Assembly (NCBI GenBank): GCA_041725955.1
Contig: JBGRQE010000004.1
Location: 76,643-140,642 of the forward strand
DNA length: 64,000 nucleotides
Source: Bacteroidales bacterium
Lineage (GTDB): Bacteria; Bacteroidota; Bacteroidia; Bacteroidales; JBGRPZ01
Direction: 5' to 3'
The position numbers and the translations under genes were made by a program. The notes beneath the pieces were generated by a model. That model had not been told where the DNA came from. It made no database searches and saw only the letters and a list, made by a program, of their open reading frames with translations. Positions within the stretch are counted from its first letter, which is position 1; each line of letters opens with the position of its first letter. Shown in pieces: positions 1 through 10,830 of this stretch.

Positions 1-37
1 GCACTAAAAAATCGATTTAATCGACAAATTTTTCATT

Positions 38-2602
38 ATGAAAAGATTTACTGTTTTCCTTTTTATATTCTCCTTTATTAGTTTTGGCATATTTGCAAAA
101 TCAGGAGCAATTGATTTAGATAAAGTTATTGATTTCCAAAAGAAAGAAGTTACATTGGGTGAGATTTTTAATACGCTTGATGATAATTCCATACCAATTA
201 TTTATAGTCCAGATAAAATTACCTTAGATCAGCAGATTCGTTTAAGCGGCTCAAAGCTAGCGCTTAAAGATGTTTTGTCTTTGATTAAAGATCAGGCAAA
301 TATCAAGATTAAATCTAATAATAATCATATTGTTTTTTCACAAGGTGAATTTCGGAAGTATACTATAAGTGGCACTATTAAAGACCAGGATAATGGAGAA
401 ACTTTGATAGGAGCACAAGTTTATGTGGCTTCTTTAAGGGATGGATGTATTAGTAATTATTATGGCTTTTATTCATTGCAACTTCCAGAAGGGAAATATA
501 CAATTAGATATTCGTATTTAGGATATGAAAATCAATTGTGTGAAATTGATTTAACTTCTGACTTAAAAAAAGATATTAATCTGCTTCCTTCTTCTGAAGT
601 ATTACAAGAAGTTGTTATTCATGGAGAAGATACGGATCGAATTCATCAGGTAGGTTTAAATGGAGAAAAAATAAGTGTAAATAGAATAAAAACTATTCCC
701 ACAATGCTTGGTGAGCCTGATGTGTTAAAAACTCTTCAATTGCTGCCTGGAGTTCAAACTGCTCATGAAGGAACCAATAATCTCTCTGTTCGTGGAGGTA
801 GTTTTGATCAAAATCTTATTCTCTTAGACGAAGCCCCATTGTATAATCCTTCTCATACTCTTGGAATTTATTCTGCAATTAATTCTGATGCTGTAAATAA
901 TATGGAGTTTTATAAAGGAGAAATGCCTGCAAGATATGGAGGTCGATTATCATCAGTAATTGATATTCGTATGAAAGAAGGTAATAATAAACGTTTCTCT
1001 GCTTCAGGTAGTCTTGGTCTATTGTCTAGTAAGCTTTCTGTTGAATCACCTCTTTTTGATAAGAAAACCTCTTTTATTCTTTGTGGTCGCTATTCTTATG
1101 CCGGTTATGTGGCTGATTTGGCTTCGGACTTAGGTGAAGCTGTTGGTTTTAAAGATTTATATGAGAATTTTCAGAAAGGAAATAATGTCCAATTCTTCGA
1201 TCTCAATTTTAAAATAAATAGGAAGTTAAACGATAAGAATAGAATATATCTTTCTGCTTATACAGGAAAGGATCAGTTTTATTTTAAATCTTTTAGTGAC
1301 AAAATGAATTTAAATTGGGCGAATACTACTTCTACTCTAAGATGGAATTCTATTGTAAGCAGTAAGATTTTTCATAACCTAAGTCTGATTTATAGTAATT
1401 ATAATTATGCATATAAGCTTTTGGATGATTCTCGTAAGTTTTTATGGACTGCAGGTTTATCCGAGTACAAAGTCAAGAGTGACTGGGATTTTTATTTAAA
1501 TTCTGATAATCATATTCGTTATGGTGCTGATTTATCAAAGCATAATTTTGATCCAGGTAAGGTTGAGCCTAGGGGAGAAAACTCAAATACGAAAAGTCTG
1601 AAATTAAAAAATAGAAGTGGTCTGCAGTCGGCATTATATGTAAGTAATGAGCAGAAAATAGGTGCTAGATGGAAAGCTTATTATGGTTTAAGATGGTCTT
1701 TTTTTCAAGGAGAAGTAAAAGGGTTAAAAACGATTAACTTTAATTATCCGGAACCGCGTTTATCTCTTGGATATGATATAAGTAAAAATATTTCTTTAAA
1801 GACCTCTTATGTTCGCACTGTCCAGTACCTTCATATGATTGCAAATTCTTCTTTAGGATTGCCTACAGATATATGGTTACCTTCTGCAGCCGATTTAGTT
1901 CCTCAGAAAGCTGATCAGCTGAGCCTAGGAGCATATTCTAGTTTTGATAAAGGTGGTTATGAAGCTTCCGTTGAGGTTTTTGGAAAGAAATTTATTGATA
2001 TAGTAGATTTTAGGGATAATGCAGATTTGTTTTTAAATGAAAACCTTTCTCAGGAGTTATTAAAAGGAAAAGGTAGGGCTTACGGAGTAGAGTTTTTGTT
2101 AAAGAAAACTAAGGGAAATACTTTGTTTTGGTTAAGCTATACATGGTCTAAAGCAGAGAAAAAAATTGATGGAATAAATGACAATAATTGGTACCCAGCT
2201 TCTTTTGATAGACGCAATTCAATAAAGCTTACATTAACTCAAAAGTTATCTAAGGCATGGGCTGCATCGGCCAACTTTGTTTATTCTACAGGAAGTCCAA
2301 TAACAGTACCTGTTGGAATTTACCAATATCAAAATGCTTCATTTATTCAGTATAGTAAACGTAATGCCTATCGTTTACCTGATTATCATCGTTTGGATAT
2401 TTCATTTAATTATAATAGTCCAAATAATAAAAATCGTAAGTGGAAGAGTGAATGGAATTTTGGATTATACAACGTATATGGGCGTAAGAATGTATTCAGC
2501 TTGTATGTGAAACAAGATGCTTATGATTTGACTCAGCAACAAGCTTACCAAATTTATCTATTTACATTTATGCCTAGTGTAACTTATCGATTTAAATTTT
2601 AA
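38..2602 (+). CDS. TonB-dependent outer-membrane receptor with N-terminal STN-like extension and carboxypeptidase-regulatory-like domain
   Basis: 854-aa ORF. Signal peptide MKRFTVFLFIFSFISFGIFA, then a ~90-aa pre-domain (STN-like). CarboxypepD_reg-like YTISGTIKDQDNGETLIGAQVYV. Plug-like motifs LGEPDVLKTLQLLPGV, SVRGG, DEAPLYN. Barrel ends in aromatic YRFKF. Confidence 0.85.
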   Translation: MKRFTVFLFIFSFISFGIFAKSGAIDLDKVIDFQKKEVTLGEIFNTLDDNSIPIIYSPDKITLDQQIRLSGSKLALKDVLSLIKDQANIKIKSNNNHIVFSQGEFRKYTISGTIKDQDNGETLIGAQVYVASLRDGCISNYYGFYSLQLPEGKYTIRYSYLGYENQLCEIDLTSDLKKDINLLPSSEVLQEVVIHGEDTDRIHQVGLNGEKISVNRIKTIPTMLGEPDVLKTLQLLPGVQTAHEGTNNLSVRGGSFDQNLILLDEAPLYNPSHTLGIYSAINSDAVNNMEFYKGEMPARYGGRLSSVIDIRMKEGNNKRFSASGSLGLLSSKLSVESPLFDKKTSFILCGRYSYAGYVADLASDLGEAVGFKDLYENFQKGNNVQFFDLNFKINRKLNDKNRIYLSAYTGKDQFYFKSFSDKMNLNWANTTSTLRWNSIVSSKIFHNLSLIYSNYNYAYKLLDDSRKFLWTAGLSEYKVKSDWDFYLNSDNHIRYGADLSKHNFDPGKVEPRGENSNTKSLKLKNRSGLQSALYVSNEQKIGARWKAYYGLRWSFFQGEVKGLKTINFNYPEPRLSLGYDISKNISLKTSYVRTVQYLHMIANSSLGLPTDIWLPSAADLVPQKADQLSLGAYSSFDKGGYEASVEVFGKKFIDIVDFRDNADLFLNENLSQELLKGKGRAYGVEFLLKKTKGNTLFWLSYTWSKAEKKIDGINDNNWYPASFDRRNSIKLTLTQKLSKAWAASANFVYSTGSPITVPVGIYQYQNASFIQYSKRNAYRLPDYHRLDISFNYNSPNNKNRKWKSEWNFGLYNVYGRKNVFSLYVKQDAYDLTQQQAYQIYLFTFMPSVTYRFKF

Positions 2603-2614
2603 GGAGGATAAAAA

Positions 2615-3523
2615 ATGAAAAGACTATATATAATTTTGCTGGGCTTTATATGCTTGGTTTCGTGTAAAAAGGAATATAATTTTAAAATTGATTCAAGTGT
2701 TCAGGATCGTTTGGTTATTGAGGCTAATTTAAATAACTTGAATACACCTCAAATGATCAGGCTTACTCAAATGGAGAAAATGCTTAAACCTGTAGATCAC
2801 AGTAGTTCTGGGAATAAAAAACATGGAATTCCTGTAGATAAAGCTAAAGTGGTGCTTACAGATGGAAAGGGGAAAAGTTATACATTCAAACGTTATGTTG
2901 AATTTGAAGGTGCTACATTTAATGGATATTATCGCTTTGAAAAACAAATCCCTGCCCATTCAGGTGACAAATTTACTTTGACAGTTAGTGTAAAGGGAAA
3001 GGTGTATAAAGCCGAAAGTATTGTAGAAAGTTGTCCGGATATCATTAAAATAAAGTATACTTTGGCAAAGAGTGAAATTCCAGGAAAAGAGGATCAATAT
3101 GTTCCTTTAATTAGTTTTACAAATCCCGATAAACCTGCATATTATTTGCTTAGGGAGGTTGAGGTCAATACCAATAGCGATGGAACAGAATTTATTTCAT
3201 GGAGCAACCGAGCTTGGACTTTCAGTATTTTATCGAGTAAGATGTTAAATAAAAATGTTGTCGACTTGCGTGTTGATGATGGGCAATCTCCAAGTGGTTC
3301 TTCATTTTATTTGGGAGGACCTGGAAGTACCATAAGGGTATATATGTTTGCTTTAAATAAAGAGACGTATAAGTTTTATGAAAGTTTAATTCGTCAGTTT
3401 GATAATGATGGAGGTGCTTTTCAACCTTTTCCTTCATCAGCACCAACCAATTTTTCTAATAATGCAATTGGTTGGTTTAATATATCTGATGGAAGATATG
3501 CAGATGTAAAAATAGGTAAGTAA
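2615..3523 (+). CDS. DUF4249-like lipoprotein partner of the TonB-dependent receptor
   Basis: 302-aa ORF starting 12 nt after the receptor stop. Lipoprotein signal LLGFICLVSC. Size and position downstream of a CarboxypepD_reg-type receptor fit DUF4249; the family is recalled, not searched. Confidence 0.6.
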   Translation: MKRLYIILLGFICLVSCKKEYNFKIDSSVQDRLVIEANLNNLNTPQMIRLTQMEKMLKPVDHSSSGNKKHGIPVDKAKVVLTDGKGKSYTFKRYVEFEGATFNGYYRFEKQIPAHSGDKFTLTVSVKGKVYKAESIVESCPDIIKIKYTLAKSEIPGKEDQYVPLISFTNPDKPAYYLLREVEVNTNSDGTEFISWSNRAWTFSILSSKMLNKNVVDLRVDDGQSPSGSSFYLGGPGSTIRVYMFALNKETYKFYESLIRQFDNDGGAFQPFPSSAPTNFSNNAIGWFNISDGRYADVKIGK

Positions 3524-4252
3524 TTATTTTTCACATACAACAACTGTAGGCATGGTGTTTTTAGACCATGCCTCTTTTTTGAAATTTCCAAAAAAGACAG
3601 GTTCTCTAAATGAAGTTTCTTTACTTATTTTTTTAAAGTCAGTACTTTGAATTGGAAATAAAGGAATTTCATTTTCAATAATATGATTATTCTTTTTTAT
3701 TATCAATTGAGTATGAAATCGAATTAAAGGAGATCCTTTTTCAAATTTATAATTTCTGTGAAAAATAACTTCTTTAGATTCAATGCTTGGCAAGCTTTCT
3801 TTTCTGTTTTCTATGATGTTATCATAATTTACTACCTGCAATAAAATCTTCCCACCTTTTTTAAGAATATGATGACATTGCGAAAAGAAGTTGCTTATTT
3901 CTTTTAAGTTCTTTAAGTGGGCAAGAGTATTTCCGAAACAAATAATTATATCAATAGAATTTGGTCGGAATAATGTTTTTGTATCCAGCATATTTGCTGT
4001 AATGAATTCTGAGTCAAGTTTAAGAGCTAGTGTTTTTCTTTCTGCTTGTTGTATCATTTCTCGATCACTATCAATGCCCGTTACATTATGTCCTTTTGAA
4101 CTTAACTTTAGAGCTAGTTCTCCTGATGCACAACCTATATCGGTTATGCTTATTTTTGGGTTATCTATATATGACAAAACAAAATTTAGCTGTTGCGGAT
4201 TGAAGGGGAATATTTGGTTATACCATGGACTAATTGTCTTATAAAATTGCAT
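3524..4252 (-). CDS. class I SAM-dependent methyltransferase
   Basis: 242-aa ORF. SAM motif I ITDIGCASGELA, acidic post-I GIDSD, motif II-like IDIIICFGN. Its stop codon abuts the convergent DUF4249 stop with zero spacer. Confidence 0.8.
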   Translation of the reverse strand: MQFYKTISPWYNQIFPFNPQQLNFVLSYIDNPKISITDIGCASGELALKLSSKGHNVTGIDSDREMIQQAERKTLALKLDSEFITANMLDTKTLFRPNSIDIIICFGNTLAHLKNLKEISNFFSQCHHILKKGGKILLQVVNYDNIIENRKESLPSIESKEVIFHRNYKFEKGSPLIRFHTQLIIKKNNHIIENEIPLFPIQSTDFKKISKETSFREPVFFGNFKKEAWSKNTMPTVVVCEK

Positions 4253-4411
4253 ATCAATAAAAATTTGTTTTTTGAGATGTGTATTTCGAATGATTATCTG
4301 TCATTTTTACCATGAAAGAAACAAAGAACACTAAGGTATAGTTTTTGATAAAATGCATTTTAGTTGTAAGTTTATTGAATAAAGTTAAGGTTTTTGACAA
4401 AAAGATATTTT

Positions 4412-5182
4412 ATGATAAAAGGAGAATTACAAAGAATAAAAATAGCAATGTCTATACCCTTTGTTTTATTATGTGCTATGTGGATTATTCATTTAGTAAC
4501 ATCTTTATTTCCGATTGAACTTGGTGTTTATGGTGTTTTACCTCGTACAATTCATGGTTTAAAAGGTATAGTTTTTGCTCCTTTTATTCATGGCGATTGG
4601 TCGCATCTTATGGCAAATTCATTGCCGTTTTTTGTTTTGTCAACCACCTTGTTTTATTTTTATCAGAAGATTAGATTTAGGGTTTTTATTGGAATCTGGA
4701 TTTTTAGTGAAGCACTACTTTGGCTTGGTGGGCGTAATTCATATCATATTGGCGCTAGTGGAGTAGTGTATGGTTTAGCTGCATTTCTTTTTTTAAGTGG
4801 AATTTTGCGAAGAGAAAAGGCTTCAATGGTTATTTCTTTGTTGGTTAGTTTTTTATATGGAAGTATGATTTGGGGTGTTTTACCTTGGTTTTCAAAACCA
4901 AATGTGTCATGGGAAGGTCATCTTTGGGGTTTCCTTGTTGGTTTTCTTTTGGCATTTTATTACAAGAAAAAGGATCGTCAGCGGAAAAAATATTCTTGGG
5001 AAACAGCAGATACAGATATTGAAGAGAGCGAAGAAGATGCTTACTGGAATGTTCCTCTCCCAGAATCAGAAACTCGTAAAAGAAAGATAAATATAAAAGG
5101 AGAAACTGCTATTATTTTATTTTTATTCCTAGCATTTGTTGCGTTTTTGTTTTTGTTCCGATATGGAAAAGAATTTATGTAA
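4412..5182 (+). CDS. rhomboid family intramembrane serine protease
   Basis: Polytopic ORF. H-x3-N (WSHLMAN), catalytic Ser motif HIGASGVVYG, catalytic His motif WEGHLWGFLVG. ATG at 4412 preferred over the TTG at 4394 used by the ORF track. Confidence 0.8.
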   Translation: MIKGELQRIKIAMSIPFVLLCAMWIIHLVTSLFPIELGVYGVLPRTIHGLKGIVFAPFIHGDWSHLMANSLPFFVLSTTLFYFYQKIRFRVFIGIWIFSEALLWLGGRNSYHIGASGVVYGLAAFLFLSGILRREKASMVISLLVSFLYGSMIWGVLPWFSKPNVSWEGHLWGFLVGFLLAFYYKKKDRQRKKYSWETADTDIEESEEDAYWNVPLPESETRKRKINIKGETAIILFLFLAFVAFLFLFRYGKEFM

Positions 5183-5197
5183 GTTTATATGTTTAAA

Positions 5198-5226
5198 TGA
5201 AAAAGGCTGCCTTATAGACAGCCTTT
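5198..5226. terminator. hairpin terminator between convergent rhomboid and POT genes
   Basis: AAGGCTG / CAGCCTT stem (5203-5225), A-run on the left and TTT on the right. Stronger in the minus direction. Confidence 0.6.
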
Positions 5227-5235
5227 GACTTATGT

Positions 5236-6693
5236 TTAATCGTTGTTCTTTACGGCCTTGTTTTTTATTACGAATAGATTATACAGGAATAAAATTAGGG
5301 CGGAAGCTATGCCTATAATAGCAATTACATACCAGAAATTTTGTGGATGATAATTATTCCACAATAGAGTGGTGAGTTCATGACTATTCATGTTTAGCTT
5401 TTCGCACGCCGCTTTCCAATAACTATCGTAATTGCCGTTTGGGGGAGGAATATGAATTCCTTTTAAATTTAAATACTTGGCAAGTAGAGCGTATTTGTCT
5501 GATAATCTTTCATAACCAAAACCTGAAACAATACCTCCTAAGAAGTTACCTCCGGCAACAGGTAAAAAAGACATGCCTATATATAATCCAACATTTTTTG
5601 GTGGAGCAATCCTTCCGATATATTCAGTGATTTTTGGTGAACTAGCCATCTCTCCTATAGCAAATATTACTAATGCAATTACAACATAAATAGCGTTGTC
5701 AAAAGCAAAAGTTAAGGCTCCTCCTATAGAAGCAACTATTATACCGCATATAATTGAAATTACAGGTTTCAGTCGCATAACTATTGTCGAAATAAGCAAC
5801 TGTAAAACAATAATTGCTAGTGCGTCAAAATCAAGAATAATTTCAGGATTTACAGTTCCTTGTGGAGTTCCTAATGCTTCTGCCAATTTTGGAGAAATAT
5901 TATGGAAGAAATTATATAAAGTGGTAGTATCTACCCATTGATCAATAAAATTAGGTAGAGAGAAAAACATCTGGAAGTACATAGTCCAGAAGCCAATAAT
6001 AATAATTAAGAAGAAAATAAATTTTAGATCTTTTAATACAGTGTATATATCTCTAAAGACTTTGGTTAGTGCAACCCCTAACTTCTCTGTAGTTTTATTT
6101 TTTACAGGCTCTTTAAAAAAGACACTTACAAGTATCATGTTTATTGCAATAGAAATTGCCGACATTACAAATACAGCTTGCCAGCTAGTATTTCTCAAAT
6201 GTGAAGCTATTAAAGGGCCAATAAAACTACCAATATTTACTGTCATGTAAAATATTCCAAAGCCAATTGAGCTTGTCTTTTTATTAGTTGTTTTGGCGAT
6301 AGTTGCTGAAACTATGGGCTTAAATAATGCGGCACCAATTGCAACAATCATAAATGCTAGCCACATTCCACCATAACTTTTAACATATCCCATTAAGAGA
6401 TATCCAATAATTAAGATAGAATAAGATACATACAATATTTTTTTATATCCGAATTTATCGGCAATTGTACCCGTAATTATGGGTAATACGTATAAAATAC
6501 CACTAACAACTCCCAAGAGCAAACCTTTTTGACTTTGTGAAAAGCCTAGTGCCCCTTCATCTTTAGATCCTGTAAAATATAAAGCTAAAATTAGAAACAT
6601 ACCATACCATGCAAGCCTTTCAAAAAGCTCCATAGTGTTGGCAGACCAGAATGTTCCTGGGAATGAAAGTTTCTTCTTTTTAGAATTCTTCAT
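5236..6693 (-). CDS. proton-dependent oligopeptide transporter (POT/PTR2, MFS)
   Basis: 485-aa polytopic ORF. N-terminal ELFERLAWYGMFLILALYF (ExxER-type POT signature) and GTIADKFGYKK motif. Confidence 0.8.
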   Translation of the reverse strand: MKNSKKKKLSFPGTFWSANTMELFERLAWYGMFLILALYFTGSKDEGALGFSQSQKGLLLGVVSGILYVLPIITGTIADKFGYKKILYVSYSILIIGYLLMGYVKSYGGMWLAFMIVAIGAALFKPIVSATIAKTTNKKTSSIGFGIFYMTVNIGSFIGPLIASHLRNTSWQAVFVMSAISIAINMILVSVFFKEPVKNKTTEKLGVALTKVFRDIYTVLKDLKFIFFLIIIIGFWTMYFQMFFSLPNFIDQWVDTTTLYNFFHNISPKLAEALGTPQGTVNPEIILDFDALAIIVLQLLISTIVMRLKPVISIICGIIVASIGGALTFAFDNAIYVVIALVIFAIGEMASSPKITEYIGRIAPPKNVGLYIGMSFLPVAGGNFLGGIVSGFGYERLSDKYALLAKYLNLKGIHIPPPNGNYDSYWKAACEKLNMNSHELTTLLWNNYHPQNFWYVIAIIGIASALILFLYNLFVIKNKAVKNND

Positions 6694-6943
6694 AAGAAAA
6701 ATGATTGTTTATTTACAAAGAAAAGGGTTTTTAAACTTTGTTTTAACAGGAAAAGTAATGTTATTTATATAGGAAGGTTAATTGTAATACGATAATTTTT
6801 ATTTATTATTTTAATTACGATTTTTTATATTAATTGATATCTATAAATATACTCAAATTTAATGTATGTAATTGATTTAAAATCAGGATATTTCTTTTTT
6901 TGATAATTGGTTTTGTTTTAAATCTTATTGATCTAATCTTAAA

Positions 6944-7669
6944 TTAGAATTCTATATAATTTTTTACTTTTTTTAATATTGAGTCGTTTATTGAATAAAA
7001 TAATTGCAATTCGTCTATAGAATAAATAGTATCGTGTTTGTTTCTGTGTAAAAAAATTTCTTTTGTTAGTTCATAAGAAAAATATGGATGCTTTAGAATA
7101 ATTTTAAAAGAATCCTGGTTTATTTTTAATTTTCTAATTGAGTTGGGTTTTGTAAATACCTGAGATTTAATCCTCTTAAAATTTTTAGTTCTCATCCCAT
7201 ATACTTCTTTTAATTGTTCAATAGAGTAAAATCCTCCAAGCAACTTTCTGTATTTTACTATTTTTGAGGCTGTGTAAGGACCAATTCCTCTTACTTTGCA
7301 TAAATCTATACTATCAGCAATATTAAGATCAATAAATAACTGACGACTATATTTTCTTTTGTTTATCTTGTTTTTTGTTTTCTTTTTTTGAACTGTTTCT
7401 CTTTTTTTGTTTTGTAAGTTATTTCTTATACAAGTATTGATTTTTGTTTTTTTGATATGATTTAGAGAGTCTTTTTTTAATTGTGCAATATATCCTTGAA
7501 ATTCTTTTAATACAGCCTTTTCTTCAGCCGACAGTTCATCGGGTTTATATTTAAGATAAATTCTACTAAGGAAAATAATGTTAATAATGATTAGCAGAAA
7601 AACAAAACCTCTTCTTTGCTTGGGAGTAAAAAGAGTATATTCATATTTGAGTTTTCTTTTTAATTTCAT
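6944..7669 (-). CDS. ComEA-like helix-hairpin-helix DNA-binding membrane protein
   Basis: 241 aa. N-terminal TM helix (FVFLLIIINIIFL), Lys-rich linker, HhH motif VRGIGPYTASKIVKYRKLLGGF and a second HhH-like half. Confidence 0.6.
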   Translation of the reverse strand: MKLKRKLKYEYTLFTPKQRRGFVFLLIIINIIFLSRIYLKYKPDELSAEEKAVLKEFQGYIAQLKKDSLNHIKKTKINTCIRNNLQNKKRETVQKKKTKNKINKRKYSRQLFIDLNIADSIDLCKVRGIGPYTASKIVKYRKLLGGFYSIEQLKEVYGMRTKNFKRIKSQVFTKPNSIRKLKINQDSFKIILKHPYFSYELTKEIFLHRNKHDTIYSIDELQLFYSINDSILKKVKNYIEF

Positions 7670-7689
7670 TTTTGTAGGAGGGAGGCCTG

Positions 7690-7741
7690 AGAAATAAGAA
7701 ACTAAGCTGTTGTTGAATCATATAATTTCGCAACAGCTTAG
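7690..7741 (-). terminator. terminator downstream of the AGCS transporter gene
   Basis: 11-bp stem CTAAGCTGTTG / CAACAGCTTAG (7702-7741), followed on the minus strand by a U-rich tract. Confidence 0.55.
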
Positions 7742-7751
7742 TATATTTGAT

Positions 7752-9587
7752 TTATTTTGTTTGTGAAGTCTTAATTGATTTCCAGTATGCAGTAAGATCT
7801 CTTTTTATTTCAGGAGCAAGAATAAACATTCCTAAAATGTTAGGAAACGACATACATAAAATCATCATGTCGCTAAAATCAAGTACTGAACCCAATTCAG
7901 ATGATGATCCAACTACAATAAAGAATAGAAAAATTATTCTATATATATTATCCGATATTTTTCTTGAGCCTGTAAGCCTTTTTATAATATCTCCAAATAG
8001 AAAATCAAAAGCTTTTAGTCCGTAATACGACCATGAAACCATTGTTGAGAAAGCAAAAAGTAGAATTGTAATTACCAATACATATGGATACCATGAGAAA
8101 ACGGTTCCAAAAGCTTCCGAAGTTAATTCTGTTCCTTCAAGATTAAGTGGATTTGTGTATGCACCAGTAAATATAATTACTAAAGCGGTCATAGTGCAAA
8201 TAAGCACAGTGTCGATAAATGGTTCAAGAAGAGATACAAATCCCTCTGTAACTGGTTTGTCTGTTTTTACGGCTGAGTGCGCAATTGCAGCCGATCCTAC
8301 ACCCGCTTCATTTGAAAATGCAGATCTTTGGAAACCAATAATCAGTACGCCTATTACTCCTCCTTTTAAAGCACCAGGATAAAAAGCACCTTTTACAATA
8401 AGTTTAATAGCTTCTCCTATATCTGTTATATTGATAAAGATAATAATCAGGGCAGAAACTACATACAGTATTGCCATAAAAGGAACAACTCGACTGGTAA
8501 ATTTTGCGATGCCCTTTATTCCTCCGATAATTACCAAACCTACCAATAGAGCTAACACAGCTCCAAAATAAGGACCCATATTACTTAAACCTGGCATGAT
8601 TACAACCAATTGACTAAATGCTTGATTGGCTTGGAACATATTTCCTCCACCAAGCGATCCTCCAATTGCTAATAATGCAAATAAAGCTGCTAATAACTTA
8701 CCCAACCATTTTAGATTTTTTTTCTTTAGGCCATCCCTTAAGTAATACATGGGGCCACCAGAAACTCTGTTGTCAGCATTTATCTTTCGATATTTTACTC
8801 CTAAAGAACATTCGACGAATTTTGAGGACATTCCTAACAAACCGGCAACAATCATCCAAAATGTAGCTCCAGGACCACCTAGAGTTATTGCAACGGCAAC
8901 TCCTGCAATGTTTCCGAGTCCAACAGTTCCGGATAGTGCTGTTGTTAAAGCTTGAAAATGGTTTACCTCACCTTTGTCTTCTTTATTGTCATATTTTCCT
9001 CTAACAAGGTCGATGGCATGTTTAAATCCTCGGAAATTTATAAATCTCATCTTCACTGTAAAAATTATTGCTCCAATAACCAGCCATAAAACGATTATGG
9101 GTATTTGTTCCTTCACAGGTTTTCCATTAGGATGGTACATTATGTTTCCATCTTTGTCGCGTAGAATAGGGTCATATATGCCAAGACTTGCAAAAGGATC
9201 CCAAAATATGATTTTAGAAAACACATCTACTACAGGAACAAAATAACCATTTATTATTTCTGGTAGTGAATGAGTTGGGATGGGAATATCTATTACTGAT
9301 ATTGCCCCGGAAGAATCAGTAACCTTGATCTGTACATCTTCTCCTTCAGTTATATATTTTCCTGTAAGACTGTTCTTATGTATATGCTGTAATGACCACT
9401 CTGTTTCATATGGAGGTTCTCCTCCAGTAATATCAATAGAAACTTTAGTGTCATTTAAATCTTCAGAAAGATTAATAATATTATATTCAACCTTTAGCGG
9501 TTTTTTGGTTGTAATACTGTCACCCGATTGACCAAATAGTAAGCCGGAAAAAGCCGTAAATAGTAAGATAAGTAGATAGTGCTTCAT
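7752..9587 (-). CDS. alanine/glycine:cation symporter (AGCS) family transporter with extra secreted N-terminal module
   Basis: 611 aa. The C-terminal ~480 aa carry AGCS-like blocks ([64 protein letters not shown]). The N-terminal ~100 aa have a signal peptide and a beta-rich domain. Confidence 0.85.
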   Translation of the reverse strand: MKHYLLILLFTAFSGLLFGQSGDSITTKKPLKVEYNIINLSEDLNDTKVSIDITGGEPPYETEWSLQHIHKNSLTGKYITEGEDVQIKVTDSSGAISVIDIPIPTHSLPEIINGYFVPVVDVFSKIIFWDPFASLGIYDPILRDKDGNIMYHPNGKPVKEQIPIIVLWLVIGAIIFTVKMRFINFRGFKHAIDLVRGKYDNKEDKGEVNHFQALTTALSGTVGLGNIAGVAVAITLGGPGATFWMIVAGLLGMSSKFVECSLGVKYRKINADNRVSGGPMYYLRDGLKKKNLKWLGKLLAALFALLAIGGSLGGGNMFQANQAFSQLVVIMPGLSNMGPYFGAVLALLVGLVIIGGIKGIAKFTSRVVPFMAILYVVSALIIIFINITDIGEAIKLIVKGAFYPGALKGGVIGVLIIGFQRSAFSNEAGVGSAAIAHSAVKTDKPVTEGFVSLLEPFIDTVLICTMTALVIIFTGAYTNPLNLEGTELTSEAFGTVFSWYPYVLVITILLFAFSTMVSWSYYGLKAFDFLFGDIIKRLTGSRKISDNIYRIIFLFFIVVGSSSELGSVLDFSDMMILCMSFPNILGMFILAPEIKRDLTAYWKSIKTSQTK

Positions 9588-9649
9588 TTTGATTTTTATG
9601 TTTAGGTTTATAAAGTTTTGATTTCAAGAATGAGCTAAAGGGAACTTAC

Positions 9650-10669
9650 TTATGATATTTTCCGCATTAATTTTTCAAGTTTTTCAAACTGATAAGGAGT
9701 GCCCAGAACAAATAATTTGGATTTGAAGGATAATTTTATGTCGGGGGATGGATTAATAACATAATCTCCTTCTGGCGATTTATAACCAATAATATTTACT
9801 CCAGTTTTTTCTCTTAAGTCTAGTTCCCTTATACTTCTGGGGATAAATTCATTTGCATAATGCGATAAATCAAATTCATGAATTTGATTTAGGTCAAGAC
9901 TTGGAATCGAAAGTTGATCTAAGAATTCTACAATGTCTGGTTGAGTAATTAATATTGCCATATGTGTTCCGCCTACTTTTTCGGGCATAATTACATTATC
10001 AACTTTAGCTACTCTTAATTTTTTTAAAGCATTCTCTGAACTCGCTCTGCTAATTATTTTTAATCTTTCGTTTAATGCTCTGGCACTTAAAACAACAAAT
10101 AGATTGTTTGCGTCATTTGGGAGTGTTGTTACGAGTGCTTTTGCTTTATGGATGCCTGCTTTTTCCAAAGTGTCATCATCTGTAGCATCACCCTCCAGAA
10201 ATCTTATGTTTTTATCTTCATTATGTGAAATAATTTCAGTGTCGTTATCGATAACAAGAAAAGGAGTTTCGCTTTCTTCTAATTCTTTTGCTACTTGACG
10301 GCCATTTCTTCCAAATCCAATAATAATTACATGATTTTCCATAGTTTTAAATTTTTGAAAGCCCTTTCCTAATAAAGAAACTAATTTTAATTCTACAATG
10401 TGTGATGTTATAATTGAAATAGCATAAGCATACGTACTGAAACTGATAAGTATTAAGAAAATGTTGAATATCTTGCCTGCATTTGATGATTCCCATAATT
10501 CTCCATACCCAACAGTTGAAATAGTTATTATAGTCATGTAAAGTGAATCAATAAAGTTTTGATCCTCAATAATCATATATCCAACAGTTCCAATAATTAC
10601 GATTAGTGCTAATAAAAATATGGCAACCTTTACTCTGTAAAGGCCTTTATTTTGTCGTTTTTTTCTCAA
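9650..10669 (-). CDS. two-TM potassium channel with RCK (TrkA-N/TrkA-C) domains
   Basis: 339 aa. Pore helix plus selectivity filter TVGYGE between two TM helices. Rossmann-type VIIIGFGRNGRQVAKEL and a C-terminal TrkA-C-like region. Confidence 0.85.
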   Translation of the reverse strand: MRKKRQNKGLYRVKVAIFLLALIVIIGTVGYMIIEDQNFIDSLYMTIITISTVGYGELWESSNAGKIFNIFLILISFSTYAYAISIITSHIVELKLVSLLGKGFQKFKTMENHVIIIGFGRNGRQVAKELEESETPFLVIDNDTEIISHNEDKNIRFLEGDATDDDTLEKAGIHKAKALVTTLPNDANNLFVVLSARALNERLKIISRASSENALKKLRVAKVDNVIMPEKVGGTHMAILITQPDIVEFLDQLSIPSLDLNQIHEFDLSHYANEFIPRSIRELDLREKTGVNIIGYKSPEGDYVINPSPDIKLSFKSKLFVLGTPYQFEKLEKLMRKIS

Positions 10670-10830
10670 GATAGAAGAATTTAAGTGATAGTAAACAAAT
10701 ATAGTGAATAGTGTATTAGCTCCAAAATCAAAAAGAACAGTTTTTTTGCATAAAATTTTTATAGCTTTTTAAGTGAACAAATGTATTTGTTGTAATGTAT
10801 TAGTCTTTAATAAATTAAAGCTTACTTATT

